This document shows, in pieces, positions 14,219 through 26,479 of a stretch of DNA of 64,000 bases. The translations under genes were made by a program, and so were the position numbers. The stretch's first letter is position 1; each line of letters opens with the position of its first letter. The notes beneath the pieces were generated by a model that was not told where the DNA came from, did not search any database, and saw only the letters and a list, made by a program, of their open reading frames with translations. This DNA comes from the human T2T-CHM13v2.0 reference genome, Homo sapiens. The stretch lies in assembly GCF_009914755.1 (NCBI RefSeq), contig NC_060936.1; one strand, given 5' to 3'.

Positions 14219-14270
14219 ACAAGGTCAACTTGAAATGGGGAAAGAGGAAGGTGACGTCACAAAATAAACA
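14219..14270. promoter_or_regulatory. Candidate enhancer motif cluster: NR half-site, ETS-like, full CRE, forkhead
   Basis: CAAGGTCA 14220-14227, GAGGAAG 14244-14250, palindrome GTGACGTCAC 14251-14260, AAATAAACA 14262-14270; motif match only, no activity data. Confidence 0.45.
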
Positions 14271-15423
14271 TGAAGTCTTGTGTACAAGCATCTGCAGAAG
14301 AGTTCAGCCTCACCACTTGGGTAATGCTGTTGGAATGTGGTCTGGGTTCACTGTATTTGAATGTAGGGCCGTTTAATATCAGCTAGTTCAGGACCACCCT
14401 TCTCACCCCCCATAAAGTGTGAGTCCCAGAAATTCTGCCCATATGTGAGTTTAATGGTAGGTTTGGGTACGGTTTGAAATGGAATCATCAGAAATTGTAA
14501 CTTCCTTGACTCGGAATCAATGAGCTTTTCAAATAGTTACAGACATTGGAATTTGTAACTTTTCATATATAAAACTATCTTATGAGGTGCATATTTACCA
14601 AGCCTTGAAACAAACCCAAGTACTGAGATAAAAGTTCAAACTATATCGAGTGCATTGATGCTGAAAGGAACAGAAATAATTGTTTATATGTGTATTTGAC
14701 ATTCCACCCAGAAGGGGTTAAATCTCTGCTCTAGTTGATGTATTTTCTTCCTTATGAATTAAACACTAAAGTATGTCCATTTCATCACTTTCTTTACACA
14801 CCTAACTCTCCCTTTATTGTGCCTTGTCTCCACTTGTCTGCAGAAAGATCTCTCCATATTTTGCTTCTGACGCCAAATAACCGTGATCACTTACGATGAA
14901 AGAGTATTGGTTAATAAGATTGTTGAGAAAGTTCTGTTTTGTTTATAAAGTCATTCCTATGTTTTTCATAATGTATCTTTTATCTTTGGACCAAGAGCAT
15001 TGATCCCACATCTTTTTTTTGCTGAGTGTTTTCATTTGAGGTTGATTGTAACTATTTAAGGACATATGGTAACTACTTAAGGGCTTAATTATTCAATCAT
15101 GGAGAGTTGGGTGGAACATGGGGACACAGAGGTTCGTTGGGAGATAGATGGAGGTTTCTCCTTACTACCTATGTGTCTCCCACAATCCTTTTACAGAGGG
15201 AGAGTGGTGAACTGTCTCCTGGAAAAGAGAAAGATTTATCCTTACATAATTTACCTATGTTTGTGCACTGAGCTGACATGTACCTCTGTATCAATGCTAA
15301 CATCATTTCTCCCTCCCTTTTAGATAGGACTTTTATGAATCAGAGCGGGATTCTGTTAATTAGAAAGATGTGTGTGTGTGTTGAGCTTGGCACACCCTCT
15401 TTTCATTAGTGATAGAAGTGCCC

Positions 15424-15551
15424 GATAAGGGGCGGGGTGGGGGGGGGTCATGATGACCTTAACCTGGGTTCTAGTTCAATCCATAACCCAGAGGCAAAGG
15501 TAATGACGTGTGTATAATCACCACTTGAATTTTCTGCTCCACTGTATTTAC
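15424..15551. promoter_or_regulatory. Perfect estrogen response element with GATA, GC-box and FOXA motifs
   Basis: GGTCA-TGA-TGACC at 15446-15458; GATAAG 15424-15429; GGGGCGGGG 15429-15437; TATTTAC 15545-15551; non-repeat DNA; motif match only. Confidence 0.55.
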
Positions 15552-16802
15552 ATTAGAGGGAAACAAATCTTGTAATATGTACGTGCTTTCCATTAAGGAT
15601 GCAGCACAAATATCAACAGTGTCCTTCTAAGTCAATATTTGCTAGGAAAAGCACAGGATGTTCTTGTTGTCATCATGGTACCAAGGCTTCACAAACTAAT
15701 AAAAACATTGAAATTGTTACATATTCATACACAAGTACTATGAAGCATAACAGGAAAAAACAGGTCTACATTTTCATAAAATTAAATTCACACATGCTCT
15801 GATAGGCAAAAAGTTTTGTACTTACATAGATCATGGATGGAATTTCTGCTCTGTCTCTTGTGGGGTAAAGCAGCTTTAATATTTTATTGGAAAATAAAAT
15901 TTCTTCTTTGTTGGATTCTCTTCAGATGAAACTGAATAGATGAATAATGTATATGTTTTATGACAATTAAAAAAAAGCCCTGTAATTTGTACAACTATGA
16001 GTGAGAGGAGTCAATTGACATTTGAAGCAAAAAAGATAGATAATGAGAGGATAAATGGATGGAAAATTCCACAGCTCAAAATCCCAATGGTTTCTTCAGG
16101 ACAAGATTGTTACTTGAGAAGGCTCTGCTGAATTTTTGGCATTCCTGCATTATCTCACTTTGAAGATGGAATGTAAACTATGGTTTTCAGCCAGTACCAC
16201 TGTTCTCTGAAGTAGATTCAATTTTATTTGCTGAAAGTTTTTGGTAACACCGATTTCTCTAAATTTAAGTAAATAGTTAATGTTTCAAAGGCCATTATTA
16301 GTCTCTCTTAGTGGAAAAGAGCAGTCTCATTTTTGGGAAGTCCATGGCAAATTTCCTTTCATGGGACTCTTACCATTAACCCAGAGACTCACTTTTATCT
16401 ACAAAGGCTTTGTTGAAAATTTTGGCTACTTGTATATTCTACTGCAAATCCTTATGGGATATTGTTAAAAATTCATTTGCTATAGAAATCAGGAGGATTG
16501 CCAACAGGTATGCTCAGTGGAGGCTGGGGAAGAATCCGGTGCTGATGGTGAAGATGAGTTCCTTTGTCCATCATCCTGAGCAGAGCAGTTTCATGGATAC
16601 ATTTGGTGCCACTGATAACACACAAGACTTGCAAGTTTAAGTTACTTTTACTACTTTCTGCTGCAGTGTACGATTCGATAATTTTCTAAGTATCTTAAGC
16701 ATTTTCAAATCAAAACAAAAATACCAAAGGAAACATCTAATAAAACTTCAATGTCTTCTTACTTGCATATTTATTAAAAATAAATAGAGGAAAGATTTTC
16801 AT

Positions 16803-17135
<333 letters not shown>

Positions 17136-17467
17136 TTAATGGGTTTTTTAAAAAATAAAATATTCACTCATACATGCAGAAATAAAATTTTTCTTCTTGT
17201 GTTTGTATCAATAAATATCAGATACTGAAAGTTATCCTTAAACATTGGTTGTTAGTAAGATTATTTCAACTAACTAGGGATTTTGATATATGATGCAAAA
17301 AGGTCAGTTTTAAGGACACTTAAAAGATCCTTTAGCATCAGTAACATAAAAGTATAAACTGCATATATGGTAGAATAATACATTATTAGAGACTTTTATA
17401 CTCCAGAATTTAGAAACATTTCTTATTGGCTTACTACTGTGATTAAATTATAAAATCAAGTTTGCAT

Positions 17468-17606
17468 GTATATATATATATACATATATATATAATATAT
17501 ATATATACATATATATATATTATATATATATACATATATATATATTATATATATATACATATATATATAATATATATATATACATATATATATATTATAT
17601 ATATAT
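17468..17606. repeat. AT-rich VNTR, 25-bp period, built on (TA)n
   Basis: Single C residues at 17483, 17508, 17533, 17558, 17583, exactly 25 nt apart. Confidence 0.95.
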
Positions 17607-17633
17607 GCAATATAAAATATATAGTCATGTGCT

Positions 17634-17943
17634 GCTGGGTGCAGTGGCTCATGCCTGTAATCCCAGCACTTTGGGAGGCCAAGGCAGGTGAAATACCTGA
17701 GTTCAGGAGTTCAGGACTAGCCTGGCCAACATAGTGAAACCCCATCTCTACAAAAAATTAGCCAGGTGTGCTTGTGGGTGCCTGTAATCTCAGCTACTTG
17801 GGAGGCTGAGGCATGAGAATTGCTTGAACTAGGAGGCGGAGGTTGCAGTGAGCCAAGATTGCACCATTGCACTCCAGCCTGGGCAACAGAGCGAGACTGT
17901 CTCAAAAAAAACAAAAACAAATACAAAAACAAAACAAAACAAA
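17634..17943 (+). mobile_element. AluS SINE inserted in the Tigger3 left TIR
   Basis: GCTGGGTGCAGTGGCTCATGCCTGTAATCCCAGC...GAGACTGTCTC plus (AAAAC)n tail; TSD AAAATATATAGTCATGTGCT 17614-17633 recurs in expanded form at 17941-18002. Confidence 0.96.
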
Positions 17944-17949
17944 ATATAC

Positions 17950-17950
<1 letters not shown>

Positions 17951-17994
<44 letters not shown>
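17951..17994. repeat. Compound microsatellite (TA)9(GA)13
   Basis: Read directly from the sequence. Confidence 0.97.
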
Positions 17995-17998
<4 letters not shown>

Positions 17999-18859
17999 TG
18001 CTACATAATAATGTTTCAGTTAAAGTCAGTCTGCATATTATATGATGGTGGTCTTTTAGATTATAATGGAGCTAAAAAATTCCTGTGGCCTAGTGGTGGT
18101 AACATCATAATGTAATGCATTACTCATGTGTTTGTGGTGATGCTGGTATAAACAAACCTACTGTGCTACAGTTGTATAAAAGTATAGCAATGCGATTACA
18201 TATAGTGCATAATACTTTATAATGATAATAAGCAACTATGTTACTGGATTATATATTTAGTAAACTATACTTTTTATTGTTATTTTAGGATGTACTCCTG
18301 CTTATTTAAAAAAAGTTAGCTGTAAAACAGTCTCAGGCAGGTCCTCAGGAGGTATTCCAGAAGAAGGCATTGTTAACATAGAAGGTGACAACTCCATGCG
18401 TGTTATTCCCCTGAAGACTCTCCAGGGGATAAGGTGTGGAGCTGGAAGACAGGGATATTGATGATCCTGTCCCTGTGTAGGCATGGGCTAATGTGTGTGT
18501 TTGTGCTTAGTTTTTAACAAAAAAGTTTAATAAGTTAAAAAATTTAAAATAGAAAAAAGCTTATAGAATGAGAATGTAAATAAAAAATATTTTTGTATAG
18601 GTATGTAATATGTTTGTGTTTTAAGCTAAGTGTTATTACAAGTCAAAAAGTTAAAACAATTAAAAAGTAAAAATGTTACAGTTAGCTAAAGTTAACTTAT
18701 TATTGAAAAAGGAAAACTGTTGTTTAATAAATTTAGTGTAGCCTAGGTGTACAGTGTTTATGAAGTCTACAGTGGTGTGCAGTAATGTCCTAGGCCTTCA
18801 TGTTCACTCACTGACTTACCCAGAGTAACTTCTAGTCCTGCAAGCGCCATTCATGGTAA

Positions 18860-19211
<352 letters not shown>

Positions 19212-19846
19212 TCCATTTTTAATCTTTTAGATTTCTTTTACTATACTTTTTCTATGTTTATATCTGTTTAGATACACAAATCATTAGCATTGTGTTACAA
19301 TTGCCTACAGTATTCAATACAGTAACATGCTGTACAGATTTAAAACCTAGAAGCAATAGGCCATACCATGTAGCATAGGTGTATAGTAGGCCATACCATC
19401 TATATTTGTGTAAATATGCTCTATGATGTTCTTACAATGACAAGATTGCCTAACAAAGCACTTATTACCATATATCCCTGTCATTAAGGGACACATGACA
19501 GTATATATTGTTTCTCAATCTAGAAAGGATTCTGAGAAAATGGTTGGTATTCAAAGCATGGCTGGCCACTGCTGGAAGAACCTGATGAACTGCATCATAG
19601 GCTTTTCACTTAGGACTAGGTTGTATGTTACGGATATATATATATAGAATTGCTCTATTGGCATGAAAGATCCTGTAGTTCCTTCAGTCTACTTTCTTCT
19701 TCTACAGTTTTGTTAGATCCAACAGCATGGTACCTAAGAAAATCATTAAAGTGGGACTTCAAGGTGTATTGTCTTCCTTTACCTTTGAGAAATTTGAACC
19801 AATAAGGAAAGTATAATACTGATAGTTTTCTATAACACTGCTGCTA

Positions 19847-20170
19847 CGTTAGTTAAAGAGTTTCTTTTGGTGAGAAGTCACAGAAAGTGACCTTAAAAAT
19901 AGGGAATTTATTAAAATGATCTGGAAGACTCTCATAGGATCTAAGAAAGAGTTGAATAGGTAGGTCTTGGGAACGTGAGATGCCATGGAAATGTACAGAC
20001 CATGTCAAATGACTCAGCTCTAGGGGTGCTGGGTCTTTTAGCAGCAGATTCCCAATTCTTCTAGGAGAAAGTCTGATTGAGCCAATGTGGGTCACTTTGG
20101 ATCAAAGAGCTATGGTGAGAGGGGCACTAACGATCATGTAGCACATACCATTGTGGGCTTGGCCCGAAGA
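19847..20170 (-). mobile_element. Old MLT1 (J/K/L-like) MaLR LTR remnant
   Basis: TTAGTTAAAGAGTTTCTTTTGGTGAGAAGTCACAGAAA...AGGGAATTTATT...GTCTGATTGAGCCAATGTGGGTCAC...GGATCAAAGAGCTATGG. Confidence 0.6.
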
Positions 20171-21197
20171 GGAAGAAGGCATATAATTTACTATAGCTGG
20201 GCAGCCACCATGTTAATGAATTTAGAAATTATAGCTTCCAAGTTCTACATGAAATGTTTATACACATGCACACATACATAATAAAAAAACCTCATGGTTT
20301 CTTATACATTCAGGAGCTATAGTTAGCATGTTTGTAGGGAGAAATTATTGCAATATCAAGTAAGTAGTTTCAAGGAATATTATCTTCACTAGCATAGCCA
20401 CGCCATTTCGTCAGAAGCTTACCATGAAGTCATTGGAATAGAAATGTAGGAAATGAGAAATAGCATATACTGTAACACATATTGAGTAGGTAAACACATA
20501 TACAAGTCAAAATGCCCCGTGACAACAAAACCCCAATCTATATGTGTCCTTGGCTTCACCCATGGGGACTCAAGAGTACTTGTTAATTTATTCACTGAAT
20601 TGATTTATCTTTCTTTCATTTTCATTTTATTTTATCATGGTAAGAACACTTAATATGAGAACTACCCTCTTAAAACATTTTTAAGTGTGTGCAATACATT
20701 ACTGTTGACGATAAGTAAAATATTGTACAGCAGATTTCTAGAGCTTATTCATCATGCTTGACTGACACTTCATGCCCATTGATTAGTAACTCCCTATTTC
20801 CCACAACCCCCAGTCCTTGGCACCACAATTCTGCTCTCTGATTCTATGAATTTGACTATTTTTAGATACCTCATATAAATGGAATCATGCAGTGTTTGTT
20901 TTTCTGTGGCTGGCTTATTTCACTGAGCATAATATCTTTAAGGCTTACCCATGTTGTTTCACATTGTTGAATTTCCTTTATTTATAGATTGAATAGTTTT
21001 CCATTGTGTATATATACCACATTTTCTTTATCCATTCATCTGTCAATAAACATTTAGGCTGTTTCCACATCATGGGTATTGTGAATAGTGCTGCAGTGAA
21101 CATAGGCGTGCTAATATATCTTTGAAATCCTAATTTCAATTCTTTTGGCAAAAATACCCAGCCAAAAGAAGTGAAATTAGGATCTCAAGGATATATT

Positions 21198-21494
<297 letters not shown>

Positions 21495-24400
21495 ATATAT
21501 TAGCACTCCTAAATTTCTCAAAGGTAAAATACCCAGAAGTGGGATTTCTGGATCATGTGGTAGCTCTATTTTTATTTTTTTGAGCAACTTCCATATGGTT
21601 TTCTACAGCAGCTGTACCACCTTGCGTTCCACCAGTGGTGTGCAAGAGTTTCAGTTTCTCCACGACCTCACCATTATTTGTAGTCTTGTTTTTTCATAAT
21701 AACCACTCTAACAGGTGTGAGGTGATAGTCATTGTTCTTTTGATTTGCATTTCCCTGATGTTTAGTGACATTGAAAACTTTTTTTATACCTAATGGCCAT
21801 TTTTAAGTCTTCTGTGGAGCAATGTCTATTCAAGTCCTCAGCCCATTTAAAAAATTGGGTTATTAGTTGGGGTTTTTGTTTGTTTGTTTTTGTTTTACTC
21901 TTGAATTTTGAGTTGTAGGAATTCCTTATGTATTTTGGATATTAACTACTTATCAGATATATGGTTTGCAAATAGCACTCTGTAGGTTGGTTGTTCTGTA
22001 GGTTGCCTTTTTTCCTCTGTTGATTGTTTCCTCAGATATGCAGAAGCTTTTTAGTTTGGTGTGCTGTTTATTTTTGTTTTTGTTGCCTGTAGTTTTGGTG
22101 TTATATCCATGAAATTATTGCCAAGACTAATGTCTAGAGACTTTTCCTCCTATGTTTTCTTCTGAGAGTTTTACAGTTTGGGGTTTTACCTTTAATGTAT
22201 TTTGGGTTGATTTTTGTGTATGGCATATAATAGGAGTCTCATTTTCTTCTTTCGATTGTGGATATCCAGTTTTCCCACACCATTGAAGAGACTGTCTTTT
22301 CCCTATTGTGTATCTTGGCACTCTTGTTGAAGATCATTTCACTGTATATGCATATATTTATTTCTGGATTCCCTATTGTGTTCCATTGGTTTATATGTCT
22401 TTTTTTATTCCAGTACCATACTGTTTTGATTACTGTAGCATTGTAACATATTTTGAAGTCAAAAACTATGATGCCTCCAGCTTTGTTTTTCTTTCTCAAG
22501 AATGATTTAGCTGTTTATGGTCTTTTGTAGTTCCACATGAATAAAAAAAATTTTCTATTGCTGTAAAAATGCCATTGGGATTTTGATAGGGAGTGCATTG
22601 AATGTGTAGTTTGCCTTGGGTAGTATGAATATTTTAACAATATTAACTCTTCTAATCCATAAACATGGAGTGCTTTCCAGTTGTTTGTGTCTTGTTTAGT
22701 TTTCTTTCATCAATATTTTGTAGTTTTCAGTATAAGTTTTCCACCTTGTAGTTAAGTTTATCTTTATGTATTTTATTCTTTTTGACACTATTATGAGTGA
22801 AATTGTTTTCTTAAATTTCTTTTCAGATATTTGTTGTTAGTGTATCAGAATGCTATTAAGTTTTGTATGTTGACTACAACTTTACTGAATTTATTACTGT
22901 TAACTGTTTATTCTAACAATTTATTTTGTTGTTGGTATATAGGAATACTACTAAGTTTTGTATGTTAACTGCAACTTTACTGAATTTATTTATTATTATT
23001 AACTGCTTATTCTAACAGTTTTTTTTTTAAAATTGAGTCTTTAAAGTTTTCTCTATATAACATAATGTCATCTGCAAATAGGAATAATTTTACTTCTTCC
23101 TTTCCAGTTTGAATCTTTATGTTTATTTTTTCTTGTCTAATTTCTCTGGCTAGGACTTCTAGTGCTATGTTGAATAGAACTGGCAAGAGTGGGCATCCTT
23201 GCCATGTTTCTCATCTTAGAGGAAAAGCTTTCAGTTTTTCACCATTGAGTATAATGTGAGCTATGGACTTTTTATATATGACCTTTATAATGTTGAAGTA
23301 GATTCCTCCTATACCTAGTATGTTGACAGTTTTTTTCATGAAACAATGTCAAATTTTGTCACATGCCTTTCCTGCATCTATTAAAATGATGATGTGATTT
23401 TATTTTTTATTATGTCAATGTAGTATATTAAATTACTTGCTTTTTCGACATTAAGCCATCCTTACATCTCTGGGATAAGTCTCATATGGTCATGGTGTAT
23501 AATCCCTTTAATGTGCCATTGAATTCAGTTTGCTAGTATTTTGTTGAGGCTTTTTTGCATCTATATTCATTGAGAATATTGGCCTGTAGGTTTTCTTTCT
23601 TGTGTTGTCTTTGTCTGGCTTTGGAATCAAGGTAATGCTAGCCTCATAAAATAAGTTTGGAAGTGTTCTCTCCTCTTTAATTTTTTGGAAGAGTTTGAGA
23701 AGGAGTGGCATTAATTCTTCTTTAAATGTTTGATAGAGTTTACCAGTGACTCTACAGGTATTGAGCTTGATTTTTGGGGAGGTTTTTGATTACTGATTCA
23801 ATCTCCATACTAGTTATGTGTCGGTTTTGACTTTATATTTCCTTATGGTTTAGTATTGGTAGGTTATATGTTTCTAGGAATTTATCATTTCTTCTAGGTT
23901 ATCCAGTTTGTTGGATATTGTTCATAGCAGTCTGTTAGGATCCTTTTTATTTCTGTGGCAAGAGTTGTAATGTTTCCTCTTTCCAGTTCTGATTTTATTT
24001 ATTTGAGTGTTTTTTCTTAGTCTAGCTACAAGTTTGTCACTTTTATTTATCTTTTAAAAAACCAACTCTCAGTTTCATTGATTTTTTTCTATTGTTTTTA
24101 TATTTTCTCTCTCATTTATTTCTGGGTAATAATCTGTTATTTCCTACCTTCTGCTAACTTTGGAACTAATTTATTGTTTTTTCCTAGTTCCTTGAGGTAT
24201 AAAGTTAGGTTGTTTATTTGAGACATTTTGTCTTTTGTAATGTAGATGTTCATCACCATAAACTTCTCTCTTACTACTGCTTTTGCTATACCCTATAGGC
24301 AGTGGTATGTTGTGTTTTCATTTTTATTTGTATTGAGATATTTTCTAATTTCCTTTTGATTTCCTCGTAACTCAATTGTTGTTTATAAGTATGTTGTTTA

Positions 24401-25223
24401 GTTTCCATATATCTGTGAATTTTTCAGTTTTCCTTCTGCTACTGATTTCTCGTTTCATTCCATCGTGGTCAGAAAAGGTTGACCATAATGGTCAATCTTT
24501 GGTAAGATTTCAATCTTTTTAAATTTGTTGACTTATTTTGTGACCTAACATGTGACCTGCTCTGCAGAAAGAATCATGTGTACTTGAAAATAATGTGTAT
24601 TATGCTGCTGTTGGATGGAATGTTCTGTACATGTCTGTTAGGTCCATTTGTTTTATAATGCGATTGAGGTCCTCTGTTTATTGATCTTCTGTGTGGATAT
24701 TCTGTTCATTATTGAAAGTAGGGTACTGAATTCTACTATTATTGTATTGCTGTCTGTTTTTCCCTTCAGTTTTGTCAATATTTTATATATTTAAGTGCTC
24801 TTATATTGGTATTACAGCCTATGGACTGACCCTTTTCATCATATAATGTCCTTCTTTGTCTCTTTTGACAATTTTTGACTTCAAGTCTATTTTTCTGATA
24901 TAAGTACAGCCACTCCTACTCTCTTTTGATTACCATATGCATGGAATACTTTTTTCTTGGCTTCAGTTTCAACTTATGTGTGTTTTTATATCTAAAGTGA
25001 GTTTCTTGTAGGCAGCACATAGTTGGGTCTTTAAAAAAAGTCCATTACTCACTGTTTGTCTTTTGATTGGGGGAATTTAATCAATTTACATTTAAAGTAA
25101 TATTGATAGGAAAGGATTTACTATAGGCATTTACTAGTTGTTTTCTCTCAGTCTTGTAGTTCCCTTTTCTTTTTCTCTCTTGCTGTCTTTCTTTATGTTT
25201 TGTAAAGTTTTTGCATTAATATG

Positions 25224-25587
25224 TGCTATGATCTGAATGTTTGTTTCCCTCCAAAATTTATATGTTGAATCCTAATACCCAATTCAATAATATTAAAGTG
25301 TGGAGCCTTTGGGAGATGATTGGATAATGAGGGCTCCACCCTAATGAATGGATTAGTGCCTTTGTAAAAGAGGCCTAAGGGAGCTTATTCACCCCTTCTA
25401 CTATGTGAGGGTGCAGTGAGCAAGCATCATCTTTGAAGCAGAGACTGACACATCACCAGACACTGAATCTGCTGATGCCTTGATCTCAGACTTTCTAGTC
25501 CGCAGAACTGTGAGCAATAAATTTCTGTTATTTGTAAATTGCCAAGTCTAAGGTATTTTGTTATAGCAGCCCAAATAAACTAAGATA
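25224..25587 (+). mobile_element. MLT1A0-like MaLR solo LTR inside L1
   Basis: TGCTATGATCTGAATGTTTG start, AATAAATTTCTG, ...AAACTAAGATA end; perfect 5-bp TSD ATATG at 25219-25223 and 25588-25592. Confidence 0.93.
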
Positions 25588-26100
25588 ATATGCTTGATTT
25601 TATTCTTTATTTTCTTTGTGTAATTTCTATAGGGACTTTATTGTGGTTACATAAAAAATCTTCTTTGTGGTTACATACATACTTTGGGGCTTACATAAAA
25701 TATGGTTATAGCAGTCTATTTTAAGCTGATAACAACTTAAGTTCAATCACATACTCTACACTTTAACCCCTCATATATTATTCTTGTCACAATTTATGTG
25801 TATTCATATTGTATATCTTTTATCATGGTTTTAGTTATATTTATTTTTCATACTTTGTCTTTTAGCTTTTATGCTAGAATTAATGGGGTGATTTTCCACC
25901 CCATTACAGTAATGCAGTATTCTGTATTTGTCTACATATTTACCTTTACCAATGAGTTTTCTACTTTTTCTTATGCTATCATGTTACTGGTTAGTGTCCT
26001 TTTGTTTCAACTCTAAGAACTCTACCATTTCTTGTAAGGCAGGTCTACTGAAGATGAACTCTCTGAACTTTTGTTTGTCTGGGAAAGTCTTTATACCTAC

Positions 26101-26478
26101 TTTTATTTTTTTCAATTTTTTATTGTGTTAAAATCCATGTAACATAAAATTTACCTTCTTAACCATTTTTAGTGTACATTCAGTGGTATTAAGTACACTC
26201 ATATTGTTGTACATCTATCATCATCTATTCATTTCCAGAACACTTTTAATCTTGCAAAACTGAAACTCTATACCCATTAAACAATAACTCCCCATTCCCT
26301 TCACTCCCTAGCCCCTGGCAACCACCATTCTACTTTATGTCTCTATGATTTTGACTACTTTAAATACTCCATATAAATTGAAACCTACAATAGTTGTCTT
26401 TGTGACTGGTTTATTTCACTTAGCATAACGTTTTCAGGTTGATTTATTTTGTAGCATATGTCAGAATGTCTTTTCTTT
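26101..26478 (-). mobile_element. L1MB3-like 3' end nested in the outer L1
   Basis: TATTGTGTTAAAATCCATGTAACATAAAATTTACC...CTTGCAAAACTGAAACTCTATACCCATTAAACAATAACTCCCC. Confidence 0.8.
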
Positions 26479-26479
26479 T

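Noticed and set aside
16280-16579. Kunitz/AMBP-like fragments in translation (TFIYKGF...; YRNQEDCQQVC...DGEDEFL*)
   Set aside because: Cysteine spacing does not fit a Kunitz domain, there is an in-frame stop, and key GGC/GN residues are absent. Probably chance; a significant tblastn or HMM hit would be needed.
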